From positions 62,258,849-62,322,848 of the forward strand of contig NC_068993.1 of the NCBI RefSeq assembly GCF_001194135.2: 64,000 bases of DNA. The letters run 5' to 3'. Shown here piece by piece: positions 14,135 through 26,520 of the stretch. This DNA is from Octopus bimaculoides (lineage: Eukaryota). The notes under the pieces are model-generated. The model saw only the letters and a list, made by a program, of their open reading frames with translations, had not been told where the DNA came from and ran no database searches. Position 1 is the first letter of the stretch. The number at the start of each line of letters is the position of its first letter. The position numbers and the translations under genes were made by a program.

Positions 14135-14214
14135 TGTATAGCCTACAATAGCCTCGCGCGCGCGCGCGTGTTCGTGTGTGTTTGTGTATTTATCTGTTCC
14201 TTAATATTTGTTTT

Positions 14215-14975
14215 GCTCGTTTCACTGATAGGACTGCGGCCATGTTGGGGCACCACTTTGAAATGTTTAACCGAATAAGATTGTGCTCAGTACTTATCTT
14301 TATATCTGGTAGTCATTCTATCGTTTTCTTGTACTGAACCATTATTTTAAGGGGATGTAAACAAACCAACACTAGTTGTCAAGTAATGGTGGAGGGCAAA
14401 CGCAAATACGAAGACCTACGGACATACATACATAAATACATACATACATACATATAGTTTATAGATGAGAGACAGATATTCTGCGTATAGAATACACTTC
14501 GTAGGGCTCAAGAGAGGTGTAAATGTAAGGAGAAGCAAGCTGCTTGTCCTTACATTTACAAAAAAGTATTAAATACATTTAATACAAAAAATGCGTACAT
14601 AGGTTTACATATAAGAAGGTCCGACTTACAGAGAAAAGAAATGATATCAGGAATTAAAAGGGTTGAATAATAGTTTTAGAAGTTCAAAAGCTGCTTTAAA
14701 TGTATCTAGTATGTTTTGTATATCGACTGGCCTAACTAGCTTATCCTTAAATTTACTTCTATATGCATACATATACATACGACACACAGAAACACACACA
14801 AATACACATACATGCACGACGGACTTCCATACAGTTTCTGTCTACTAACTTCAACCGCAAGGTATTCGTCGGCCGGGGGCCGATAGTAGAAGACACCAGC
14901 CCAAAATACTACGCAGTACGACTGAACCTGAAATCATGCGGCTACAGAGCAGGCTTCTTACCCACACGGCCATGC
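14215..14975 (-). mobile_element. SINE family A split by about 300 bp of unrelated sequence in its central microsatellite
   Basis: The 3' half lies at about 14215-14430 and the 5' half at about 14790-14975, both on the minus strand and in the correct order. Confidence 0.65.
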
Positions 14976-15039
14976 TCCTGTATTTGTTATGTAGATTTAC
15001 GTTCTGTCCTGGCTACAACTTTCAACAGTATCCCTTGAA

Positions 15040-15585
15040 TATGGTTCAACGGAGAGGAAAGCAGCTGCAGTAATGCACTGTGAAGAGCAGTGAGCAAGAT
15101 GAAGCAAGACATCTTGGTCATCCACTGCATCTGTCCCCGTCCCAGGTTGTCTTAACCTAGTCTTGTCACTGGATTGAAGATGGTGACGGACGAGAGAGTG
15201 AGGCTGACGATGTGCAAGTCATCAGTCATCGTTAGGGATCACATGAATGGTCGCCGTCGCTCCGATGGACGAATACGTCGATTGACGTCACTACTTCCAA
15301 TAGACTCACTTTGTCGTTATTTATTCCCTGAGGTCATTCATTTGTGATAAATACTACTTCAGTTACACATAGATGGAAATGTGCTGTAGTCCACTCGTAT
15401 ATGGAGTGAGCGTGTAACACGTTTAGGCTGCATGTGACCTATCTGCTACAGGAATACTCCCGCGTCTCAGAATATATAACGCCTCAAAGCGATTCTTTAG
15501 TGAACTCGCTGAGGTAATATTTTTCTGAAAACTTGAGTACAGGATACACGTTCACGGACGGGGTAACAACAACAACAACAACAAC
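15040..15585 (+). mobile_element. RTE-clade LINE-like 3' remnant ending in an (AAC)n tail
   Basis: GC-richer block containing ggtcatccactgcat...gtcttgtcactgga...gagagagtgaggctgacga, which I recall as RTE 3'-region sequence. It terminates in aacaacaacaacaac. Not database-verified. Confidence 0.5.
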
Positions 15586-15740
15586 GTGTGTTTACGTCCC
15601 CGTAGCTTAGCGGTTCGGCAAGAGAGGCCGATAGAATAAGTACTAGGCTTACAAAGAATAAGTCCTGGGGTCGATTTGCTCAACTAAAGGCGGCGCTCCA
15701 GCATGGCCACAGTCAAATGACTGAAACAAGTAAAAGAGTA
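15586..15740 (+). mobile_element. SINE family A, 3' half
   Basis: gtgtgtttacgtccccgt...gtcctggggtcgatttgctc...ctccagcatggcc...tgactgaaacaagtaaaaga. Confidence 0.85.
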
Positions 15741-15829
15741 TATATATATGTATATATATNNNNNNNNNNNNNNNNNNNNNNNNNNNNNNNNNNNNNNNNN
15801 NNNNNNNNNNNNNNNNNNNNNNNNNNNNN

Positions 15830-15862
<33 letters not shown>

Positions 15863-16515
15863 AGCATATATACACAGACGCACACACACTCATGTATGCA
15901 AGCCGATTTGTTTTCGAAGGACATTTTGCCAATAAAAAAAACACCCACGTGTATTACATTGATTGATTTGTGAAAGAGTTTCGTTACACGTCTGTAGTCT
16001 TTTCAAAGACTCTTTTGTGAATGCTACGTTCTCTTGAAGATTGATGTGTGTGTGTGTGTAGGTGAAGTGGATGTTGATAGTAACGGCCGTGATGGTGAGC
16101 ATGGCTGTTATAATTTTGAGCCTATGTTTCTATGTGGATATATATGTAATTATATTTATATCTATGGTTTCGCTGTGTGTATGCGTGTATACGTCTTTGT
16201 GTTGCGTGTGTGTATGCGTCTGAACTTTGCCTTCGTTTTATGATATTTTTATTTGATTTTAATTTTCTTTTTAGTTTCAATGTTATTGTCGCTGTCTGTA
16301 AGTCTGTTACATACATTAGAGGTTTAATTCAGCTTCTAGTAGCACCGGAAACAAATAAATGGCCGTGTGTGTGTGTGGATACCATCTTCATTGAAAGAAT
16401 AAAGCTATAAAAAAGCAAAAGAGGTGTTGAAACAAGTAGATTAAGACATACCATCTCCGCCCCACCCTCACCACTACCTACAAAATGACACCTACCGGGC
16501 ACTGTCAGCCATTAC

Positions 16516-16598
16516 CTACTTCCGACGCCTCTGTAAACTGAATTAACCCCAATACAGTTGACAGAAAGATAAATAACAACAATGAAAGCTCTATTGAA
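16516..16598 (-). CDS. Putative internal exon encoding a signal peptide (SIELSLLLFIFLSTVLGLIQFTEA/SEV) of an unidentified secreted or membrane protein
   Basis: Acceptor atttattttcttatacttcag and donor AG|gtaatg on the minus strand delimit 83 bp. The exon enters in phase 2 and exits in phase 1. It encodes a hydrophobic core followed by T-E-A, which fits the -3/-1 cleavage rule. The frame hits a stop 3 codons past the donor, so splicing is required. Confidence 0.55.
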
Positions 16599-16845
16599 CT
16601 GAAGTATAAGAAAATAAATATATCGATAAAAGCACACCTACATACGCATATAGGCGCATATATATATATATATTTATATATACTGGCGTCCATCACATAC
16701 ATACGCAGCTTCACCACAATTAAGCACACACACACTTACACGCATGCACACACCTTTATCACACGCACCTCACACACGAACTTGACAACAGACCCATTCA
16801 TAAATACTGATGCATACATACATATATCTACACGAACAGACTCAC

Positions 16846-16859
16846 CACCAGAAGTACAT
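16846..16859 (-). CDS. Candidate start-codon exon segment ATG TAC TTC TGG TG (MYFW, phase 2) upstream of the signal-peptide exon
   Basis: Strong donor TG|gtgagt at 16845, A at -3 of the ATG and an in-frame upstream stop. Splicing to 16598 gives MYFWCSIELSLLLFIFLSTVLGLIQFTEASEV. A possible acceptor for this exon lies at 17170-17172. Confidence 0.4.
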
Positions 16860-17199
16860 AATGACCAGGCCAAACGAATGGTCTCATGGAAACAAGTTAA
16901 GATTTTAGGAAATCAATAAAAAACAAAAAACGGATAAGAGAGCTACCGAGGTCTTTATTTTTCATTTAGTTAAGAAAAATAAAACCCTCACAAAATATAA
17001 CAATATTCTGTCTCATCACACGGTTTCTCTTCAAGAGTTTTTGTAAAGAATAAAATCTCTCTGTCTATTCCCCCTTATATACATTAAAGTCAGTTTGAAT
17101 CTTGCTTATTTGCAATGTTATCCATCCAAACAGAAGCATAATGAGGAAATACTATGAATTAACTTTACCCTGAAATGTTAATATGAACGGAATGAAACA

Positions 17200-17400
17200 A
17201 GTTTCACGTAAATAGAAAGAGTAGTTATTGAGATATTCGGGGTTTTGGGGTATAAATACCCAAAACGGTGCATAATGGGAAAATGTTCCGAATTTAGCTT
17301 CATCCTGAAACGGGAGAAACACTAAACTTTCGATGTCACATTCGTTGAAATAACCTGGAAAAGAAAAAAACCTACCAAACAAAACTCCGTTGTTGAGAAA
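17200..17400 (+). mobile_element. Possible highly decayed Penelope-like RT fragment
   Basis: NF-DVTF...KKPTKQN resembles the PLE motif NFLDVTFxLxxxxxKPYxKPN. The rest is poorly alignable. Confidence 0.3.
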
Positions 17401-17719
17401 CTCAGTATTTATGTATGTATGTATGTATTTATGCATGCTGTTTGTCACATCGTCAAGCTGTTGCTAGCTAAATTGGCAACCAACCCAAGCCTGTTTGGTA
17501 AGGAACCTGGCTTGAGTTTGTGTGTTTTTGTATACGCTAAGAATAGAATCCACTTGTATTATGATCATTCGTTGAATTATCTGCTCATTGATTAATTTTT
17601 CCCTTTAAAGAATTTCCTAAGGTATTGTCCGACTCTTCACGCGATATTGAAATGGAGACATCTCTACATCTCACACATAAATACACTATTGAGAAATATT
17701 GAGACAGACTTCTACTTAC

Positions 17720-17983
17720 CGGAATATCGATATGACACCTCTAAATGTATACTCCTCTCTCCGCTTGCGCTTTGCGTGATAGCATTTTTTCATTTAATCC
17801 CCGCGTTAATGACTGGGTGCTTTAGTCCTTCAATGATATCCGATTTTGGGAGGTTTCTTTGCGGGTTGGCGAGCTTCTTGGGGAGTTTTTCTTTTCGAAA
17901 TTTGAATTTTCGCTTATTTCGAGTTTTTTTTTCACTTTTTGATGTGTTTTGCTGTACTTAGTTTTGACTCTTTTGGGTGTTAA
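17720..17983 (-). CDS. Candidate 5' exon (264 bp): mostly UTR plus ATG at 17793 giving MKKCYHAKRKRREEYTFRGVISIF, phase 2
   Basis: Strong acceptor ttttctctttatttttcag (AG at 17984-17985) and consensus donor CG|gtaagt at 17719. The phase-2 end is in frame with the signal-peptide exon. It may instead be UTR carrying a uORF. Confidence 0.4.
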
Positions 17984-18974
17984 CTGAAAAATAAAGAGAA
18001 AACATTTAAAGTTGATACGCGTTAGTACATGCGAATACATATGCACGCACGCACGCACGCACGCACACACAGAGGAAAAGACAACGCTTATGAATACATT
18101 CCGTTTTAAATATTAGTTTGCTTTGGTTGGGATTTAAACACAGAGTTACAAACGCTCACAGACACATACATCCCGCAGCCACTTGGCTGAAACACATAAA
18201 TAAATAAATAATTAAATAAATANNNNNNNNNNTATCTGAGGATGTGTATGTATTCGTGTGTCTTAATAGATAGAAATATATTTGAAGGAGGCGTCACTAG
18301 TTTTTCAATGATGTTATCGTATCATCTACCCTCAGCAGTTAATTTTTTTAAAGCATCTAATTATTCATGGCTTTAAATTATCATGACCGAAATAATATCG
18401 AAAAACGGAAAAGTTAGGTTGAAATAATAATGGCAAAACAACCACAGCAACAACAACAACAACAACAACAACAACTAAAGCATCTCCCGGTCAGTGTATT
18501 GATTGGAAGATTGTCAGGGAGAATGGAACGTCTGCGCCATTGATTTATTCCATACTGATTTGTTAGCAGTTGGATAGTTTTCTGATAATATTAAATATAC
18601 ATGATGAAAATTTGCTGATAACTTATCGGCCAGAACTCATTAATCTTGATAAATACGACAGATAAAACGTCCACGCATGCGCGCACTGATACATGCATAT
18701 ACATTTAATGCAGCAGATACACTGTACACACAAACACACGCGCGCACACACAGACAGACAGGGGCGCGCTTACTGACACAACATTCAGAAAATAATCAGA
18801 CCAAACATTGCAGCAGACACAACGCAGAATATTTTCAAACCAGAACAAAGGGAAACATGAAAACAAAGCAAAACTCTGTATGGACACAAAGAATTGTACT
18901 CGGTTGTGCTGCAAATGTTCGGGACGTAGAAAGAATATGTTTATACTACTGGAATTCTTTCTACTCTAGCTACA

Positions 18975-19460
18975 AGACCAGCAATTTTCGAAGAAGATGC
19001 GGTGTGGCGGGGTAGCTTGTAAATTACACCTACCCCAGGGCTCGACTGGTGATAAGTTTATCGGCCCCGAAAGGATGACAGGCAAAGACGACCTCGTTGG
19101 AATTTGAATTCAGAACGTTGAGCTGGAAGGATGAAAAGCAAAGTTGATCTCTGTAAGATTTGAGCTTAGCTCGTTAAGAGCTGGACGAAGTGTCACTAAG
19201 CATCTTATCCGACGCACCTGTTCGCCCCCTTCATTGCCATTAATAATGGTTTATAATTTAGATATAGCCTTTGACGGCGGCGAACAGTTAATTGAATCGA
19301 TCTAGTACTTAACTGGTAATTTATTTTATCTACTCTAAAGCGATGAAAGGCAAATTTAACTTCAGTGGGGCCTGAACACAGAACATAAAGGACCGAAACG
19401 AATTATCTCGAGATATTTCGCTCAAAGTTGTAACGTGCCTACCAATACGTCACCTTTCTT
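18975..19460 (-). mobile_element. Cluster of two to three tandem degraded SINE family B copies
   Basis: Repeated gatgaaaggcaaa...gaatttgaa...cagaac modules at about 19070, 19130 and 19345. Confidence 0.6.
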
Positions 19461-19846
19461 TCTTTAATAACCTTAAAGCCTACAATATAATACAAAACGT
19501 AACGGTTAAATAGGAATGTTACGATCAATGGGTTGACAGAAACAATTGAACAGTCAACGTGATATATTAAATACAAGTCCCTTTATGCACTGAGTTCAAA
19601 TATTGATAGGTCCCGAATACTGTCTTTATTTTTTCTTCGGTGTCGATAAAATAAGCACTTGTTAGTATGGAGTTGATACAAACGATAGTTTTGTCCTTTT
19701 GCCAAAGTTAAAAATCTTGTTTATTATAAACAACTATAAGCATTGTTATGTAGATCAATATTGGGTGTTTTGATTTGTTTCTGACATTGCAAAGAAGAAA
19801 ATTTGTTCATCCTTTCGATGATTTTCGAAAACTTATGTTAGAAATC

Positions 19847-20113
19847 GTAGAATAAAATCGCATAGATTACGTTCTATCAATTTATAAAAACTTTATTTCA
19901 TTCTGCTGCACGGGCTCAGGGCTCACTGTTGTATACGTAGAGAGAGAGGTTCAAGTGCATACCGTGACGCATTGCTGCCGATCTTACAATGCGTTACGGT
20001 ATGCACTTGAACCTCTCTGTCTACGTATACAACACTGATCCCCGAGCCCGTGCAGCAGAATGAAATAAAGTTTTTTAAATTGATAGAATGTAAACTATGC
20101 GATTTTATTCTAC
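19847..20113. repeat. Long imperfect inverted repeat (arms 128 and 127 bp, 12-nt loop); foldback/MITE-like
   Basis: gtagaataaaatcgcatag...gacgcattg [ctgccgatctta] caatgcg...ctatgcgattttattctac, with only a handful of mismatches and one indel between the arms. Confidence 0.95.
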
Positions 20114-20393
20114 TTTGGATTCAGCTCAAATCGTTTGAATCCAGGTCTTTTAAAGTTATGCTACCTTATTCAGATCTACAAACTTCGTTTACAGACCCTT
20201 TATAGCGTTCTCTATAAGAGTGATTATACATCGTATTCACGACAGAAAAAATTGGGCGGATAAAAAGGCTAACTCCCGTGTTGCTCAGAGGAGAATTCTT
20301 CATTAATCATGGGAAAAAAATATTCTAAAGAGATTAATGGTACAATAGATAAATAAATGTATATGTAGGTAAACAAATCTATCTATCTATCTT

Positions 20394-20425
<32 letters not shown>

Positions 20426-20525
20426 ACTAACTAACTAAGCATAAACATNNNNNNNNNNNNNNNNNNNNNNNNNNNNNNNNNNNNNNNNNNNNNNNNNNNN
20501 NNNNNNNNNNNNNNNNNNNNNNNNN

Positions 20526-20565
<40 letters not shown>

Positions 20566-21053
20566 CTATATGTATGTATATATGTCTACATGCGTATATA
20601 TGTGTCAGCAAAATTCTTTCGCTGAAAGGAATGGCTTTCTATTTTTTAAAAAATAAACGTAATTTAGTTGACCCTGTTTTCAAATATGTTTTTATTTAAA
20701 ACTAAGTGAAATTTTCAAAAAAACAAAAGAATGAAAATTTGCCATTAAAATTTAGTTTAAACAATTGAAAAATTGAACTTGCTAAATAGTTTATTTAATA
20801 ACAAGCAGTAATTACAGAGCATATATGCACTGTGTTTTACATAGAGTGGAACCATGTAAAATATATCGATACACATATTGGTGTACATGCAGATATATAT
20901 TTGCATATAAAATTATGTATGTAATGTATAAGGAGAGAGAGGGAGAGGAAAAGACAAATGGCGAGATAAAGGTATATGCATATGTACATTATATATGTAT
21001 GTGTACACGTGAATATGTCTGTGAACATCCAACCAACCATCCATCCATCCATC

Positions 21054-21093
<40 letters not shown>

Positions 21094-22034
21094 TATACAT
21101 ATATATTCATATATATATATGCATACACATATACATACATACACACCCATACACACACATACACACGCACACACATATATACATGAGTATATGCTTGTAT
21201 CAGCGTTTGTTTGTGTGTATGCTTCTGCGTACATACAACAGTACACACTCATATATATANNNNNNNNNNNNNNNNNNNNNNNNNNNNNNNNNNNNNNNNN
21301 NNNNNNNNNNNNNNNNNNNNNNNNNNNNNNNNNNNNNNNNNNNNNNNNNNNNNNNNNNNNNNNNNNNNNNNNNNNNNNNNNNNNNNNNNNNNNNNNNNNN
21401 NNNNNNNNNNNNNNNNNNNNNNNNNNNNNNNNNNNNNNNNNNNNNNNNNNNNNNNNNNNNNNNNNNNNNNNNNNNNNNNNNNNNNNNNNNNNNNNNNNNN
21501 NNNNNNNNNNNNNNNNNNNNNNNNNNNNNNNNNNNNNNNNNNNNNNNNNNNNNNNNNNNNNNNNNNNNNNNNNNNNNNNNNNNNNNNNNNNNNNNNNNNN
21601 NNNNNNNNNNNNNNNNNNNNNNNNNNNNNNNNNNNNNNNNNNNNNNNNNNNNNNNNNNNNNNNNNNNNNNNNNNNNNNNNNNNNNNNNNNNNNNNNNNNN
21701 NNNNNNNNNNNNNNNNNNNNNNNNNNNNNNNNNNNNNNNNNNNNNNNNNNNNNNNNNNNNNNNNNNNNNNNNNNNNNNNNNNNNNNNNNNNNNNNNNNNN
21801 NNNNNNNNNNNNNNNNNNNNNNNNNNNNNNNNNNNNNNNNNNNNNNNNNNNNNNNNNNNNNNNNNNNNNNNNNNNNNNNNNNNNNNNNNNNNNNNNNNNN
21901 NNNNNNNNNNNNNNNNNNNNNNNNNNNNNNNNNNNNNNNNNNNNNNNNNNNNNNNNNNNNNNNNNNNNNNNNNNNNNNNNNNNNNNNNNNNNNNNNNNNN
22001 NNNNNNNNNNNNNNNNNNNNNNNNNNNNNNNNNN

Positions 22035-22076
<42 letters not shown>

Positions 22077-22722
22077 TATACACATACATACATACATATA
22101 TTCATATGCATACCGGGAAAAATAGCTGATTACATACACTTAGTTTAGACAGTAAATAACTGTATTTTTCAGGAATTGCCTAAAAGAAAAACAATGATTA
22201 TTAATATGGAGCATATCTTTACAACTCTCTGTGTAATTTGAGAAGAAAATACATAACTAGAAAAAAAAAATCTTTCCGCACCAAGAAACACTCCACCGTA
22301 TCATCCTCAAACAAGATAATTAAACACATCTCGGTGATGGTAGGGTCTCTTATCCAATATGCCAACGAGTGAGTGTATGCGTAGTTGCCCAACTTGCTAC
22401 TAATAGCAATTACACCTCCGTAAAATCATATACTACTGTCTGAAAGATGGAAGGATGTGTTGATTAAGTTTTGTTCTATATCCAAAAACTTCGGTGATTC
22501 GCAATTGGAACGTATGCCAACATTGGTTTGGAGGATTAGATCTGACTTAGAGCTAAACAAGGACAATATACAGCAGCAACGACAATGATCCTCAAAATAT
22601 AATCTCGCTTGTATTGGTACCATTTTTTGCATTATTCTCTCTTTTTCCTCTTGCTATATACATACATACATACATACATACATACATACAAACATACGTA
22701 TATATGTATATATATATATATA

Positions 22723-22946
22723 TTTTTTCTTTATTGCCCATATGGGGGTAAACACAGAGAGGACAAACAAAGGGATTCAGTCGATTACATCGATCCCAGT
22801 GCGTAACTGGTAGTTATTAAATCGACCCCGAAAGAATGAAAGGCAAAGTCGACCTCGGCGGAATTTGAACTCAGAACGTAACGGCAGACGAAATACCGGT
22901 GAGCATTTCACCCGGCGCGCTAACGATTCTGCCAGCCCGCCGCCTT
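22723..22946 (-). mobile_element. tRNA-related SINE family B, full length
   Basis: On the minus strand: ggcggcgggctggcagaatcgttagc...gttctgagttcaaattccgccgaggtcgac (B-box gagttcaaattcc)...ggggtcgat...gggcaataaagaaa. Confidence 0.88.
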
Positions 22947-24695
22947 CTACATCTAAATGGCTGGTAAGGAACAGCGGAGAGATTACATCTTTAAGATCTG
23001 CTCCAGTACTTGATAGGTGCTTATTTCACTGTCAGCTGAAGGGTGACAGGCAAAGCCAAGCTGTGCATAGAGTCTTGTGTAGATAGCATCTGTGAATGGT
23101 TAAAATGATGTTTAGATTAAATGGTAAAAATTAACATTCTGAGCTTGCTTGCATTAAATAATAATATATTCTCTTTATAACGGCAAACTAATTGTCAAAT
23201 GTCTGCATAAAAGGGGAGTCCTTTTATTTTCCTCAAGCTATCCGTCACAGTTGTTTTAGGCTAAAGTTAAAAAGTGTTTTCTAGTAGTGTTCCAGTCAAT
23301 CTCTTATATTCCACTTTATACGCTGTTCTTGTAAATTATTTAGCACTCATATAAAATATGCATGAAATCTTTCAGATGCTCTTAGAAATAGCGCTGTAAG
23401 TGAATGCGGTTGTACTGTATCAGTCGAAAATATTGCAAGTATATTTATTGTCAGACTATTAAGTTGTAAGGGAGACAACCTGTCCGAGTTGCATCATTAC
23501 ATACCCACAACATTTACAAACTGAGACACTGCAACACTCACAAGACTCTTTGCAAATAAGATTACCAAAGTATACAAAACGTCTTTCTCTGCAACAGTTC
23601 TATATTTAAGAGATGAGGAATTATGTACATTATTTACATTTGGCGGATATTTGTCTTCATCTTGTTTGTTGTTAACACAACGTTTCGGCTGATATCTGTT
23701 TTGGTAAATGACAGGATAAAATATCACACTCTCTATGTATCAAAAGAAACAAATGAATGAGGTGTTTGTTCTAATGCTTTGTTTCCGCCAACTAAATATT
23801 GTATCATAGACGAACCGATTTCGTTGCTTGTGAATACTTTTTGTTCTGTTGTCTCAGTTCAATCGTTTAAGCAAATCGGAGTGTGTAATTGAGACTTATA
23901 ATTCAAATCACTCGTAGCTATGTATGTTTTTATCTGTCTCATCCTTTTCTCGACGTACCTTCCACATGTACACACGCAAAAGCACATACACAAATATGGC
24001 AGCCATCTATTCGATTGTCTGCCTTTCTATTTTCTCACTGCACAATGATTTGTCTGTATTTGGTATGTCGGTGTTTGTGTCCAGGGCCCACATTTTAAAA
24101 GAAAAATGTAGCACGGATTTAGTCGAAGACTTTATGAAGTACAGATCTGTCCTTTGCACGTTTTTAAAACTCGAGTTTTAATCCAGTTGTAAATGAGCCG
24201 ACATTTGAACATTAAAAGCAGCAGTGATTGGACAAGGCTGATTGAACTGTGTGTATATTAATAACTTGTGCAGGTTTCTAGGTGTGTCCTCATTCACAGT
24301 TGACCCGATCGGATTTGAAATTATAGTATCACTATAGAAAGTGCCAGTGAGATCATCTTTGGGATCTCAACAACTTGCAATTTTCGGGCATTACGTTTCT
24401 CTATTTGAAGGACGATTTAATTTTTCTGAAACTGCAGACTGATTTTCATGGTTATAGAGCTCCATTCCCATTTTATTAATTGCAAGTTGTTCCTGTGTGG
24501 CTTCATGGAACTGAAGATTTCCAGTGTGGCTTCATGGAATTGATTTGTGGTATGTGCTGGAAACGTGTACTGGGTAGTAATTCACCAAAACATACATAGC
24601 AGTTACGGAAAATAGATCAAAACCGATGACATGACGAACTCAGCGAATGTGATGCGGGATAAGCGGAGAGTCCGTACGATTCAAGGAACTATCCT

Positions 24696-24782
24696 ACATA
24701 CATACGTACATACATACATACATACATACATACATACATACATACATACATACATACGTACATACATACATACATACATACA

Positions 24783-24810
<28 letters not shown>
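24696..24810 (+). repeat. (TACA)n microsatellite; many other (CA)n, (TA)n, (TATC)n and (CTTT)n tracts occur, for example near 36859-37000, 47175-47285, 50865-50966 and 35360-35425
   Basis: Directly visible. Confidence 0.95.
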
Positions 24811-24813
<3 letters not shown>

Positions 24814-24859
24814 GTGCGTATGTATGACTGGATATATGAACGCGTAAATTACATCTCTA

Positions 24860-25345
24860 TGTGGTAACTTGACCTGTTAGAAATAGTAGCTACATCTCCC
24901 GTAAAGTTTTTTTACTGCCTTATGAACGTATGAGTTAACGACGGAGACCTGCCAGACCATCCTCGAATCACACCTTCTCCAATACATTTATATATGTTAG
25001 AAGCATCGACAAAACCTCTACCACTTATTTTAATCTGAGAGGTACAGCAACCAAAATGTCTTCACATCATATTGTATTAGTTTCTTTATGTATGTATGTT
25101 TGTAAGAGCGAACAAGAGAGGGAGAGAGTGAGAGGATAGAAAGAGACAAAGAGAGAGAGAGAGTCGGAGAAACAGAGGGAGGGAGGGCATCTAAATTATA
25201 TCTGCACCTAAGAGAAATACTATCCACTTCTCATTTAAATGCAGTATTACTGTCACAGCCAACGAGACAACTTGCCCACGGTGTACCCCCATCATATTGC
25301 AGAAATAACAGCCAAATTACTCTCCAACCTTATTCTACTGTCTTA
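24860..25345 (+). repeat. Old dispersed repeat family C with core (c)tgctagaaatagcagccaaatctccc; other copies near 5030-5150, 22390-22440, 34760-34880, 37160-37340, 51680-51720, 55450-55560 and 63240-63400
   Basis: Recurrent degenerate motif, for example gacctgttagaaatagtagctacatctccc, tactagagatagcaaccaaatt and ctctgctagaaatactaacgaaatct. Confidence 0.5.
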
Positions 25346-26402
25346 GGTATGCGTATTTCTATATCTATGCAGGATTTCCTAAATGAGAGGAAGAATACCA
25401 AATATATATTATAGATTTATTTGTACGAAAACAAATATACTCAAATTTCTTTGTCGTCACGTGCAAGCGTTCAGGGGACGAGAATATGAACGGGAGGGCT
25501 TAATGTGGTTTGATGGAGAACACTAGATTGATCGATATTCATTGATCGATATATATGCTGAATAGCTGAATGGGTATGTATAATCTGTTGACGTCAATTG
25601 AATAGGAAATAGCGCTAGTTGAGTATAAATTCAAATGCTTTGATATTAAATGGGTTTCCTAGTCAATATACGAGATATGTTTTTGGTCGTCTATTCATTT
25701 CTACGTTTTTAAATTCTATTTCTTTTATTGTAGGATTTAAACGTGTTACTTCGTTTTTCGCTTTAGTAATGATTCGCTGATTTTTGAAGGTTTTACGAGG
25801 AAGTCTCCCGGTTTTTACTAATGAATCGTGTATATCAGTGTATAATATACTTTGCGTTTTAGTTTGTATAAATAACAAAAGAGACTGTCTTTAAAATAAA
25901 AACGGGACTGTATTCCTTCCTAAAGTGGAACAGTGGATCAAAGCAAGAAGCATTACAAGTCCTGTAGGTTGTTGTTCATCTCTCATTTTGATAATTCAGC
26001 TTGGATCGTCATTGGCTGCATAGGCTCCGCTATATATCGATCCTCTTCTGGACAGCAGGATCTTCAAACTAGACTCAACGATAGCTCTTACTCCTCTGAT
26101 TCGTAAATAATTTGTCACATGATTTTATGGAGAAAAAGAGGCTCTAGGACACATACAGCATCAGTAGTTTGAAATATATTATGCGGCGCAGCGTGATTGG
26201 ACATGCGATACAATTTCCAAGCAAAACTCAATTAATCATGATACGGGGCTCAGTAAATATTAAATAACTCATGTGATAGGTAATTTAATCAATCTCAACA
26301 AAAACTAGTGCGTCTGTATAAACCTAACTTAATGTTCTTTAAAATGCACTAATACAAATTGGCTAGAAAAGGGTATAAAGCCCCAATATTTATATTTATT
26401 AT

Positions 26403-26520
26403 GGCGGTGAGCTGACAGAAGCGTTAGCACGCCGGACGAAATGCTTAGCGGTATTCTGTCTGTCGTTACGTTCTGAGTTCAAATTCGGCCGAGGTCGACT
26501 TTGGCTTTCATCCTTTCGGG
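26403..26520 (+). mobile_element. SINE family B, 5' half
   Basis: ggcggtgagctgacagaagcgttagcacgccgg...gttctgagttcaaattc...gtcgactttggctttcatcctttcggg. Confidence 0.85.

Noticed and set aside
16453-16477. 25-bp minus-strand segment with AG/GT boundaries next to the signal-peptide exon
   Set aside because: The implied intron would be under 40 bp, too short to be credible.
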